A stretch of 59,194 bases of DNA, counting the filler. It is 4 parts of 4 records of this genome, joined end to end, with 100 filler letters (N's around TTAATTAATTAA, not from the genome) between each part and the next. Parts side by side here need not be neighbours in the genome. Positions count along the whole stretch, not along the records: positions 1 to 13,393 come from SRR31147125_4331; positions 13,494 to 28,054 come from SRR31147125_4357; 2 more parts are not named here. One strand, 5' to 3'. A program made the translations under genes and the position numbers. A model generated the notes under the pieces. It saw nothing but the letters and a program-made list of their open reading frames with translations. It did not search any database and was not told the DNA's origin. This document shows, piece after piece, positions 10,156 through 19,309 of this stretch (the stretch's first letter is position 1; each line of letters opens with the position of its first letter).

Positions 10156-11346
10156 GTGAAAAAGATGTCAGCAATTGTAGCATTAATGGCTGTATTCACA
10201 CTTGCGATTTGTTTTATCGTCATTGGTGCCGTGTCTGAAGAATTAAAAGTAGCTCTTGGTATCGGTAATGCTGAAATTGGCAGCATGGTGTTTGCCTTAT
10301 TTTTAACCGCAATGATTGTGCAATTTTTTATTGGTCCAATGGTTGACAAGTTTGGTTACAAACCGATTGCTATAGTCGGTTTTATAGTAACAAGTGCCAG
10401 TATGTTTTTATTAGCATTTTCACCTACTTTTACATTAGCAATGCTCGCCTCTGTATTTTTAGGCGTTGGTGCTATGTGTTTAAATACTGTAGGTAATACA
10501 CTTATTCCAGTGGTTCTTTTTGATGGTAAAGATCCGGCACGTGCAGGTAATTTCGGTAATGCCTTTTTTGGATTGGGGCTTGTTGTTACACCATGGCTGA
10601 ACGTTTTTATTGTAAATACCTTAGGTTTGAGCGCCAGTACAGCTGTAGCCATCATTGGTGTTCTTGTATTAATTTTCCTTGGATTTGCTCTGGTCACATC
10701 TTATCCACAAGTATCCACCGGATACAAAATTTCCATGGCCTTTAAGCTTTTAGGACAGGGAGCTGTCATCATCGCCGCATTGGCTTTGTTTTGTTACATT
10801 TCCCTGGAAAGTACAATGAATACCTGGATAAAACCCTATATGACAGAAATCTTTGGCGGTTCACAAAATGCAAATGCTGTCTCAAATGCGGGTATTGTAC
10901 TTGGATTGTTTGGTGTCTCTATTATGGTAGGTCGATTCATTACGGCTGGTATTAAAAATTTAACAGCAATTGGAACCAAAGTCATTGCCGGTGCTGCCGT
11001 TGTTTCTGTGATTACTATTGTTCTCATGATTGTGACAAAAAGCCCTGCATTGGCTGTTGTCGCCGTTATTGTCACGGGTTTGGCTTTTGCACCAATTTTT
11101 CCAACTGTTGTTGGAGTCACATTTGCAAAATATGAACCAAGCCTTTACGGCAGCATTTTTGGAATTATTTTCGCGATTGGTCTTTTGGGAGGTACATTTG
11201 TACCAAAATTTATTGGCAGTATGGCAGCGAACAAAACGATTGCTCAGAGTTTGCCAATTGCCGCTGTCATGGCAGCGATTTTGATTGTTGTAGCAATCTT
11301 GATGGGCAAGATTGGAACAAAAAAGCTGAATAATTCAATGTACTGA
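10156..11346 (+). CDS. MFS transporter (probable sugar permease)
   Basis: About 12 hydrophobic segments; motif A GPMVDKFGYK; GGGAGG RBS before GTG. Confidence 0.85.
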   Translation: MKKMSAIVALMAVFTLAICFIVIGAVSEELKVALGIGNAEIGSMVFALFLTAMIVQFFIGPMVDKFGYKPIAIVGFIVTSASMFLLAFSPTFTLAMLASVFLGVGAMCLNTVGNTLIPVVLFDGKDPARAGNFGNAFFGLGLVVTPWLNVFIVNTLGLSASTAVAIIGVLVLIFLGFALVTSYPQVSTGYKISMAFKLLGQGAVIIAALALFCYISLESTMNTWIKPYMTEIFGGSQNANAVSNAGIVLGLFGVSIMVGRFITAGIKNLTAIGTKVIAGAAVVSVITIVLMIVTKSPALAVVAVIVTGLAFAPIFPTVVGVTFAKYEPSLYGSIFGIIFAIGLLGGTFVPKFIGSMAANKTIAQSLPIAAVMAAILIVVAILMGKIGTKKLNNSMY

Positions 11347-11380
11347 TAAATCTGTTGTTGAACATAATTTTGACTATATA

Positions 11381-11423
11381 AATAAAAAAAGAGGAAGGAT
11401 TTGATCCTTCCTCTTTTTTTATT
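11381..11423. terminator. Bidirectional intrinsic terminator
   Basis: Perfect 20-bp inverted repeat AATAAAAAAAGAGGAAGGAT-TTG-ATCCTTCCTCTTTTTTTATT between convergent genes. Confidence 0.9.
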
Positions 11424-11589
11424 ATCGCTATAATATTAAGCTAATATTCTAATATATTATATATAAATCTTATCGATTCCCTGTTACCAAAATCCCTTTT
11501 TAGAATATTAATAAAAAGTAACTTTTGGTGGGTTTGACCATATTTGCGACCCAAAATGTTTTCTAGCAGGTATTGATGTTTAAATGAAA

Positions 11590-11964
11590 TTATTTCTTTT
11601 TTCTACGTTTATCGTACTTTTTGTTGAATTCTATAAATTTAATCTGTTGCTCTTCCGTTAAAAGCGTTGAAAATGTTTCGTTAAATTCCTTTCTCACCTC
11701 ATTGTATTGGGAATACGTCGATTTTCGTATGACATTATATTTTTCCCTGACTTGTTTTAACAGGACTCTGAGTGTATCTTGCTGCGTTTGGGATAGCTGA
11801 AGTTCCTCCGTAAACTGATCCACAAGACAGTTTTCATCATAATGTTTCTTTTTTCCTCTGGACGGATTTTTATCCGGAAGCAGCTTATTGGTGACAAAAC
11901 CAAAACTAAATCCAAAAATAAAAATAGCAATCAATGTCAGGATGGCAGACTTTTTTAAAGTCAT
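11590..11964 (-). CDS. Exported small helical protein, Spy/CpxP/heavy-metal-sensor-like
   Basis: N-terminal TM; ELQLSQTQQ and LLTEEQQ (LTxxQ-like) motifs; third gene of the ECF operon with TAATG overlap. Confidence 0.6.
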   Translation of the reverse strand: MTLKKSAILTLIAIFIFGFSFGFVTNKLLPDKNPSRGKKKHYDENCLVDQFTEELQLSQTQQDTLRVLLKQVREKYNVIRKSTYSQYNEVRKEFNETFSTLLTEEQQIKFIEFNKKYDKRRKKK

Positions 11965-12437
11965 TATAACCCTCCATTATTCACAGTTGTGGTGCTTGAT
12001 ATTATAAAACTCAAGGTTTGATTATCCGTTGACAGAGATTCGCTTATTAATTCTTCATCCTGAATAAAATAATAGCTGTCCGTTAATTCATTTTCAAGCT
12101 GATTATTAGTGTGGCTCAGGGGATTAAACGTGAAGAAAAGTAAGAGTATGGACATGAGAAAAGCGCCACGGACAATGACACGAGGTAAGGAATCCAGAGC
12201 TGTCCATATAGACATTTTTCTTTCTTGCTCATAGGCGTTAAGAACTTTACTGACAAAAAAAGGTGATACAGGAAAATTATTCCTGTTTTTCATATGCAAC
12301 CGGATATCCAGGAATTGCTGATAAATATCCCGACATTCTGAACATTCTTCCAAGTGCGTCTCAATTTCTTTGCGTTTATCCGGATGAACCTGTCCATCCA
12401 TATAATTTGATAGATTTATTTTTATATGTTTTAACAT
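11964..12437 (-). CDS. Zinc-binding anti-sigma factor (zf-HC2/ZAS) with TM helix
   Basis: LSNYMDG...HLEECSEC (HxxxCxxC); GGAGG RBS before ATG 12437; follows the ECF sigma. Confidence 0.85.
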   Translation of the reverse strand: MLKHIKINLSNYMDGQVHPDKRKEIETHLEECSECRDIYQQFLDIRLHMKNRNNFPVSPFFVSKVLNAYEQERKMSIWTALDSLPRVIVRGAFLMSILLLFFTFNPLSHTNNQLENELTDSYYFIQDEELISESLSTDNQTLSFIISSTTTVNNGGL

Positions 12438-12439
12438 TT

Positions 12440-13017
12440 TTATAAATCCTCCTTGCACGAAGCCAATAACTGAGCTAAATTCCTTCGTGCTCTATAGAGT
12501 CTTGATTTTACCGTACCTATTTTCCAGTCAAGAATATGTGCTATCTCTTCATAAGTGAAATTTTCGATATCTCTTAACTGTAAAACACATTTCAAAGATG
12601 GTGCCAAACTGTCAATAGCCTTTTGAATGATTAGGCGTTTTTCCTTTTGTTCCAAATCCATAACCGGATTTTGATTAAAATCGGTATATTCTCTCTCTTT
12701 TGAGTTATAGTTATTATAAAAATATGAAAAAATATTCCTTGTTTTTTTCGGCGCAGATGGTCTTTGCATAAATTCACCACAATTCGATACAACCATGACC
12801 GAAATGGAGCATTGAAATTGTAGCTTTTAATGTTTTTCAACACCCGCAAAAATGTTTCTTGTGCTATATCTTCAACGACATATGGGTCTCCCAAAGTGGA
12901 ATAAATAAAATTATGAACCGATTCCGCATGAATCAAAACGAGTTGCTCAAAAGCGTCACGGCAGTCAGCCTGGCATGCTTTTATGAGTTCATACTCTTTA
13001 TCTAAATACTCCGTCAT
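12440..13017 (-). CDS. ECF sigma-70 factor (RpoE/SigW-like), split by a frameshift at the T7 run 12742-12748
   Basis: Region 2 (EDIAQETF, FRSWLYRIVVNLCKD) in ORF 12631-13041; region 4 (YEEIAHIL, GTVKSRLYRAR) in ORF 12440-12796; one extra A joins them. Confidence 0.88.
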
Positions 13018-13047
13018 TATTTCTTTCCAGACCGTTTTCATACAGTA

Positions 13048-13073
13048 AAGACGTTTTAGAAATATAAAAGTTC
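13048..13073 (-). promoter_or_regulatory. ECF-type autoregulatory promoter
   Basis: Minus strand GAAC-N16-CGTCTT directly upstream of the sigma gene (AAC-N16-CGT pattern). Confidence 0.7.
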
Positions 13074-13257
13074 TCGGCTCTAATTAAATAATGCTAGTAA
13101 AAAAATCATCTTTTCCTGAATTTAATAAAAGTTTACTATGTTAAGTAAATATAGTACTTTTTTGCAGTACATGCTAATCATAATCTCTTATGAAATACAA
13201 CTAAAATAGATGGGTTTATCTGTTGAATATTAATGTATAAAAAATAAATTAAAATCC

Positions 13258-13286
13258 TTGACAAATTAACAAGAGTTAATTAAACT
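13258..13286 (+). promoter_or_regulatory. Sigma70-type promoter for a gene beyond the contig end
   Basis: TTGACA-N17-TAAACT. Confidence 0.6.
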
Positions 13287-13393
13287 AAAAAGTAAATAAA
13301 GATTGGGCACTTCCATGACGCAGTCCTGTATTTGTTTGGGGTACACCTTTCTCTCGAAAATGGTCCTTTCTTTTTGTACAGTAATATTTTTTT

Positions 13394-13493
13394 NNNNNNN
13401 NNNNNNNNNNNNNNNNNNNNNNNNNNNNNNNNNNNNNTTAATTAATTAANNNNNNNNNNNNNNNNNNNNNNNNNNNNNNNNNNNNNNNNNNNN
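13394..13493. other. Artificial contig spacer
   Basis: 44 N + TTAATTAATTAA (stops in all frames) + 44 N. Confidence 0.98.
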
Positions 13494-14493
13494 GTCGCAG
13501 GTGTGCTTCATGACAGATATTGCCTTTTGGATGTACCGCTTCGGCTCCATCCCGCAGAGCTTCCTCTATAGTGAAAACACCTTCTCTGGGTGTATAGGTA
13601 AGCGCTATTTTTTCACGAGCCAATTCCGCCACAGTTTCACTCTCGGCGATTACGGCAGCTATCGGGTCGCCAATACTGCGGACACGACCATCGGCAAAGA
13701 CCGGCTGATCATCGATAATCATGCCCATCCGATTTTCTCCGGGAATGTCTTTTGCTGTCAAGATGAAGTGCACGCCGGGTACCAATTCCGCTTCGTTAGT
13801 GTTAAGCGTAAAATCCGCCGAAGCCTCGCTGCTGTAGAGGATGCGGCCATAAAGCAGCTCTCCTGAACTCTTTTTCTGAAGTTGAACTTTATGATCATCC
13901 CCGTATTGAAGAGCTCCGGTAACCTTGTCCACGATCAGACGGTCGCGCGTGGAGACACCAATGCTGTGCAGCTCCTTGCTTTTGAAATATTGGTTATCTA
14001 TTTGATCCCGCGCCACTTGTGAAACACCTTCATTGAGCATTTTTGCAGCCGTTGCCACCGCAGCAAATATCGGCTGATAACCGGTACAACGGCAAAGATT
14101 TCCATGCAGTGCTTTCTGTACTGTTTGCCGGTCGGGGCTGGGATTAGTATCCAGGAGGGCCTTGATCCGCATGATAATTCCAGGGGTACAGAACCCGCAC
14201 TGAACCGCTCCCTCCTTGATAAAGGCGTACTGGATGGTATGGATGTTTTTCTCATCGCTGAGGTGCTCGATGGTTTCGACACGCTTGCCATCAACCTTAT
14301 GTACCGGAATCGTGCAGCTTTTGACCGGTTTCCCGTCCAAAATAACCGTGCAGCTGCCGCACACGCCTTTCGCGCATCCGTTTTTGGTTCCGGTAAGTCC
14401 AAGATCTTCCCGTATGAGTTCTATCAGTTTCATCTCCGGGGCAACCGTGCAGGTGCGTTCCTGTCCGTTTATCGTGAGGGTTATGGTTTCCAT
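13494..14493 (-). CDS. Xanthine dehydrogenase/aldehyde oxidoreductase family molybdo-enzyme (fused 2x[2Fe-2S] + Mo domain), 3'-truncated
   Basis: GCAKGVCGSCTV, QCGFCTPG, GNLCRCTGY, then KVTGALQYGDD and a hammerhead region (LTAKDIPG, VRSIGDPIAAV). Confidence 0.9.
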
Positions 14494-14515
14494 GTGCAGT
14501 TCTCCGTAGCTGGTT

Positions 14516-15823
14516 CTACTTATCTGAATTGAGGCGCAGGTTGATGGTACGCGGCTGGGGCGTGTTGTCCTGTCCGGTGTTCACGTCATAGGTTTTCGGT
14601 TTAGTACAACTGACGATACGGCCCTCCCTGATTACGTAGAGCGGATCGGCCATGAGGCGTATGGCTTCAAACTGATCGGCCGCGTCCAGGATGATCAGGT
14701 TGCCCGGTTTGCCGACATCAATCCCGTATTGATCCTCAATCTCCAGGGCTTTCGCGCTCTTGATTGTGATCATGTCGAAGAGGGCATCAATCTGATCGTA
14801 GCTGGTCATGTGGGCGGTGTGCAGCAGCAGGTTGGCGGCCTGCAGCATGCTTCCTTTCCCGAGCGGGTACCAGGGATCGAGCACTGAGTCATGTCCAATG
14901 GCTACATTGACGCCGCGCGCGTGCAGTTCGTCGACCCGGGTATGCCCCCGTCGGCGAGGGTAACCGTCGTTGCGGTTCATGAGGAAGCTGTTGTCAAAGG
15001 GGTTGGTGATTATGTGCATGCCGGAACGGGCAAGCAGCCCCTCCAGCTTGAAGGCGTAGTCGTTGTCATAGTTGTGCATGGCTGTCACGTGGCTCGCGGT
15101 GGTTTTTCTGCCGTAACCACGCTGCAGAGACTCCTTTACCATGACTTCAACAAATCGTGACTGCGGATCACCGGTTTCATCGCAGTGAATGTCGATCGGC
15201 AGGCCGAATTCTTCTGCCAGGTTGAAGACAAACTCTACATCTTTAACCCCATCCTCTCGAGTCAGTTCGTTATGCGGAATTCCACCGACCACATCACACC
15301 CATTGGCTATAGCCCGTCGCATATCGGCTTCACCATCGGCATAGGTGTAAATACCGTCTTGTGGAAAGGCCACCATCTGTATTGCAGTCAAATGGGCAAG
15401 TTCATCGGCAACTTCTTTGATTGCGGTTATGTTTTTCTGCCCGGGTGAGGTTGTGTCGACATGTGTTCTGAAGAACATGGTTCCCTGGGCCAGGTACCAT
15501 TCAATTATCTTGCGGGCATGTTTTTTGTAGGTTTCGATATCAGCCTTTTTCTTACAATCACCCCAGATTTCAATTCCTTCCAGCAGGGTGCCGGATGTAT
15601 TGGGGCGGATATAGCGGCTCATCAGCACGGCATCCAGATGTACATGGGGATCGATGAAAGGCGGGGATACGAGGTTGCCGGCGGCATCTATTGTGTTAGT
15701 GTGATCATCACTCTTGGGGGATGGTTTCCGGGAAGCGGTTTCGACGGCGCTGAATGTACCATTATCAATTGTGATATTGTATAGACCGTTCCTGTGAGGC
15801 AGACGTGCGTTGGTAATGATCAT
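14516..15823 (-). CDS. codA: Cytosine/isoguanine deaminase (CodA amidohydrolase family)
   Basis: DPHVHLD, RTHVD, VAFPQDG, GGIPHNE, DIHCDETGD, SHVTAMH, GHDSVLDPWYPLG; AGGAGGA RBS supports ATG 15823. Confidence 0.88.
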   Translation of the reverse strand: MIITNARLPHRNGLYNITIDNGTFSAVETASRKPSPKSDDHTNTIDAAGNLVSPPFIDPHVHLDAVLMSRYIRPNTSGTLLEGIEIWGDCKKKADIETYKKHARKIIEWYLAQGTMFFRTHVDTTSPGQKNITAIKEVADELAHLTAIQMVAFPQDGIYTYADGEADMRRAIANGCDVVGGIPHNELTREDGVKDVEFVFNLAEEFGLPIDIHCDETGDPQSRFVEVMVKESLQRGYGRKTTASHVTAMHNYDNDYAFKLEGLLARSGMHIITNPFDNSFLMNRNDGYPRRRGHTRVDELHARGVNVAIGHDSVLDPWYPLGKGSMLQAANLLLHTAHMTSYDQIDALFDMITIKSAKALEIEDQYGIDVGKPGNLIILDAADQFEAIRLMADPLYVIREGRIVSCTKPKTYDVNTGQDNTPQPRTINLRLNSDK

Positions 15824-15879
15824 GGCGATCCTCCTGAATGGCTTAACTGCATCCATAGTATATCATGTTTGTGTTTACA

Positions 15880-16581
15880 CTATTTTATCAGATACGGCAA
15901 AATCGAATAACCCGTCCAGAAAACCGGAAAAAAGTTCAGCAGAAAATGCGGTATAAAGGTATAGAGCATCTCGCCGCTTTTTCTCCAGACAACCAGATGC
16001 AGGTAGCCGGAAAGTGAAGTAAGGATTACAAACAGCACGCCGATGCTCGTTTCAGCATCTACCGTGTGCAGGAATTTTACCCAGAAAAGGGTGTGAATTG
16101 TCCCTACAAAGATGGTAAAAAGAATGAGTCCGACAGCTCTCTTGAGCTTTTTTGCCTGGTTACTGCCCGAAAAAATTGATGACAAATCCCACGACTCAAA
16201 GATATAGATCCACAATAATTGTTCTGAGGACGCATTGATCGTGGCCCAAACCAGCGCGGTGATCAGCATTCCTGAAATTTTCGGTTGAGCAACCTGAATG
16301 CGGGCAAAGTATGCCAAGACAAGCGTCAGAATAATAATTCCGGTATTGATATAAAACCAGATAGGGGGCTTGGCAAAGGAACCACCCGTTCGTGAGTGGT
16401 TGAAATATCCGGAAGATCCTCGACGCCAGATCACAATACCCCATGCCAATCCGTAATAGAGAACCATGGGCAGCAAAGCACCGGTTTTGTCATACAGAAA
16501 TCCGGCAGCTAATGGAAAAAGTAACGAGATGACAGTCGCTAATATGACGTCGAGTTTTGCTGGTTGCCAGGGTTGTTTCAT
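15880..16581 (-). CDS. Membrane protein, possibly degenerate CPBP/Abi (CAAX protease-like) family
   Basis: Multi-TM; SEQLLW, FVGTIH and PHFLLN resemble the EExxxR, FxxxH and HxxxN motifs. Confidence 0.5.
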   Translation of the reverse strand: MKQPWQPAKLDVILATVISLLFPLAAGFLYDKTGALLPMVLYYGLAWGIVIWRRGSSGYFNHSRTGGSFAKPPIWFYINTGIIILTLVLAYFARIQVAQPKISGMLITALVWATINASSEQLLWIYIFESWDLSSIFSGSNQAKKLKRAVGLILFTIFVGTIHTLFWVKFLHTVDAETSIGVLFVILTSLSGYLHLVVWRKSGEMLYTFIPHFLLNFFPVFWTGYSILPYLIK

Positions 16582-16641
16582 AGTGGGATAGTATACTGTA
16601 GTGGTGAAAACGGCAATGTTGTGTATGGAAATAGTTGAGTG

Positions 16642-17643
16642 CTACCTCATCCTCACCTTTTTCAGTTCGGAAGAAAATTGCGGTGTTGCGTTGCTGTTTA
16701 CCGCTCCCGAAATACCGCCATAGATTACAATGGATTTTGAGGTTGATTCATATACCATGGCATGTTTTCTCAATGGTTCCAGGTCGTGATTTTTATCATA
16801 AATAGACCAACTGCCCGAATTGGTATCGAAAATCCAGATATCATTACTGGATGGAGTATCATTTTCACCCAGGCCGCCGAACAGAACCACTCTGTCAATC
16901 TTTGAAGCATACGCCATAGTATGATAGACGCGCCCTTCCGGATGCACGTCGGATTCGATCTGCATCCACTGGTCTGCATTATAGTCATATGTCCAGGTAT
17001 CATCATAGAATTTCGTAAAATTGGGAGGACTGATGCTGTCGCCACCACCAAACAGCACAACTCTATCTGATTCCGAATCGTATGCCATGGCCTGGTACTG
17101 CCTGATATCAGGACTGCTGCTTGGATTCATGAGCTCCCAGGAGTCATTGTTATAGTCATAGGCCCAGGTTTCAAGGGCTTTAAGTCCGAACAATACTACA
17201 CGATCTGATTCGGAATCATAGGCCATACTTGAACCGAATAGATCAACAGGGGTATCGGCAGGGCTCATCTGTTCCCAGGTGACGGAATTATGGTCATAAG
17301 CCCAGGTAGCTTGTCCGGTAAAGAGAATAATGCGGTCCGATTCCGCGTCATACACCATCGGGTCACCAACTGATTCCGGCGGCTTTGTTTCCGGTTCCAT
17401 CGGCCACCAGGGAGATGTTCCACCACGATAACTCCAGGTTTCATTCATGGAGGTTGAATCATTATCTCTTGGCTGCCCGCCGAAAATTATAGTGACATCT
17501 GACTCTGCATCGTATGCCATACTGTGATACCCAAGACCGATGGGTGCCCGTGTATCAGATTCAGATTTGGAGCAGGATATATGCAGTAAGGAAATTATGA
17601 TAACGAGAACCAAAATAATCAATTTTATACTTTTTTGATGCAT
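16642..17643 (-). CDS. Kelch-repeat (six-blade beta-propeller) lipoprotein
   Basis: Lipobox-like LLHISC; six repeats of MAYDxESDRVVLFGG...TW. Confidence 0.85.
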   Translation of the reverse strand: MHQKSIKLIILVLVIIISLLHISCSKSESDTRAPIGLGYHSMAYDAESDVTIIFGGQPRDNDSTSMNETWSYRGGTSPWWPMEPETKPPESVGDPMVYDAESDRIILFTGQATWAYDHNSVTWEQMSPADTPVDLFGSSMAYDSESDRVVLFGLKALETWAYDYNNDSWELMNPSSSPDIRQYQAMAYDSESDRVVLFGGGDSISPPNFTKFYDDTWTYDYNADQWMQIESDVHPEGRVYHTMAYASKIDRVVLFGGLGENDTPSSNDIWIFDTNSGSWSIYDKNHDLEPLRKHAMVYESTSKSIVIYGGISGAVNSNATPQFSSELKKVRMR

Positions 17644-17719
17644 AGTACTGTCTCCGTATTGCTTTATAAGATTTTCCCATAGAATTGAAGCAGATATAAT
17701 CAGTTTGTATCTTCAGCAG

Positions 17720-18064
17720 TTATTCAGCTATCCATTGTGCATATAATGTGATGTTTTCATCACCCATAAGAAAAAACATTCCGCCGTCATAACGCTTTCC
17801 ACTGCCGTCGGCGCTGGTATTCCATCCATCAAATATAAATCCCGGATTTTCGAAGTTTCCCAGATTGTCCTTTATGTAAACAGCTTCACCGGGATCGATA
17901 TGCATACGTTGTTTAGGAACGTCTCCGCCTGTTGCTCCATTACCGTTATACTCTACATACGCGTAATGCTTTTCTGCATAGCTTGTGGAAGATGAATTGC
18001 CGCAGCCAATCAAGAAAAATATACACATAATAATTACAGGTATGAATACAATCTTCTTTGACAT
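17720..18064 (-). CDS. InlB B-repeat-containing lipoprotein
   Basis: Lipobox LIGC; YNGNGATGG, GFIFDGWNTSADGSG, ITLYAQW. Confidence 0.85.
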   Translation of the reverse strand: MSKKIVFIPVIIMCIFFLIGCGNSSSTSYAEKHYAYVEYNGNGATGGDVPKQRMHIDPGEAVYIKDNLGNFENPGFIFDGWNTSADGSGKRYDGGMFFLMGDENITLYAQWIAE

Positions 18065-18268
18065 ACGAATATTTTATAACTGAGTATGAGAGAAAGCAAG
18101 ATTCTTTATGGTTGATATTGTGCAAAATATTATATAAGGCAGATTAATAGAGGTAGAAGAGTTCATATTTGTGCATTTACTAGACGTATTTATCATTATT
18201 TAACTGGAAATAATGGATTGTCACGTTTATGATTAATGTTACCATTTCTCACACAATATGGAGGAAGT

Positions 18269-18580
18269 ATGAAAAAAGCAATAACCGTTATTCTCATTGT
18301 TCTCATGATCGGTATGCTGGCAAGCTGTGCTGCTCAAGATAACACGTTAACAAAAGTGGTCAATGAAGCTGGAGAAATTGCCGGTTTCTGGCGTGGTATC
18401 TGGCATGGGATCATCGCACCGTTCGCTTTTATAATCTCACTGTTTTCCGACAAAATCGGTATCTACGAACTGCATAATAATGGCAACTGGTACAACTTCG
18501 GATTTATTATCGGACTCTCAATCATTCTCGGAGGCGGCAGTAAAAGTACCTGCCGGCGCAGGAGAAGGAGAAAAGATTAA
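18269..18580 (+). CDS. Small membrane lipoprotein of unknown function
   Basis: GGAGG RBS; LASC lipobox; GFWRGIWHG...IYELHNNGNWYNFGF; basic tail. Confidence 0.75.
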   Translation: MKKAITVILIVLMIGMLASCAAQDNTLTKVVNEAGEIAGFWRGIWHGIIAPFAFIISLFSDKIGIYELHNNGNWYNFGFIIGLSIILGGGSKSTCRRRRRRKD

Positions 18581-18605
18581 AAAACAGCCAAATTGATTTT
18601 TACAT

Positions 18606-18652
18606 AAAAAATTGCCGTTCCCGATTGATGATATATCAGGAGCGGCATTTTT
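18606..18652. terminator. Bidirectional intrinsic terminator
   Basis: A-run, TGCCGTTCC...GGAGCGGCA stem, T-run; between convergent genes. Confidence 0.7.
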
Positions 18653-18678
18653 ATTGCATCAGATCGTCCGATCCAGCA

Positions 18679-19164
18679 TTACATGGGGAAGTTAAACTCC
18701 TTTTCCCACGCGAAAAAAGCTGAATCTTCATACCACTTTGGCCAATGTTCACACCAGGCTGGGACCTGGACGTCTCTGACGCGATCAATTGCAGGATGAT
18801 ATGGTTTTATATCAAGCAGGGGGCTTTCGTTTTCGGCATCGATATACGCCAGATCGACAATCCCGCGCTCAACATCAATCTTGGTTACCATACAGACGCT
18901 TAACGCGATGGGATTTGGCCGATAGTCTGAGCGGGTTGCAAATACCCCGAGTTCTTCCGGACCCTTCACATATGGTTTGCTGCTGAATATTGTTGCTCGT
19001 GCCGCGTCGTTGTCGTTTCTGTCCAGCCAATAAAGTACTTGAATGTAAGAGAAACCCTGCATTCCCGTCATCGCTTTGCGGAATTCGGGAGCAATATTGA
19101 TTCTGAACATCCCGTTTTCGGCAGAGATTGTTCCCATTTGTGCTAGTGAAAATTGTTTCTTCAT
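18679..19164 (-). CDS. TrmO/YaeB (TsaA-like) SAM-binding methyltransferase family protein
   Basis: GVFATRSDYRPNPIALS and IDAENESPLLDIKPY; GGAGG RBS before ATG 19164. Confidence 0.85.
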   Translation of the reverse strand: MKKQFSLAQMGTISAENGMFRINIAPEFRKAMTGMQGFSYIQVLYWLDRNDNDAARATIFSSKPYVKGPEELGVFATRSDYRPNPIALSVCMVTKIDVERGIVDLAYIDAENESPLLDIKPYHPAIDRVRDVQVPAWCEHWPKWYEDSAFFAWEKEFNFPM

Positions 19165-19223
19165 GATTTCCTCCATGTTTTGGTTATGCAGAATGTACTG
19201 CATGTGAACATTGAACATGGATT

Positions 19224-19286
19224 ATTTTAGGTGCTTTCAGACTGAGATACTTTATCAATCTTGCTATCGGTTTTATTGAGCTTGCT
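19224..19286 (-). promoter_or_regulatory. Putative AraC-activated promoter with tandem half-sites
   Basis: AGCAAG direct repeats 21 bp apart (plus-strand CTTGCT at 19260-19265 and 19281-19286); -10 TAAAAT at 19229-19224; no good -35. Confidence 0.5.
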
Positions 19287-19309
19287 TAGATGGTGGTGCA
19301 AAAATAGTA

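Noticed and set aside
13438..13449. TTAATTAATTAA palindrome (also 28099-28110, 46900-46911) and ORFs ending in X...LIN
   Set aside because: Assembly linker inside N-runs, not biological.
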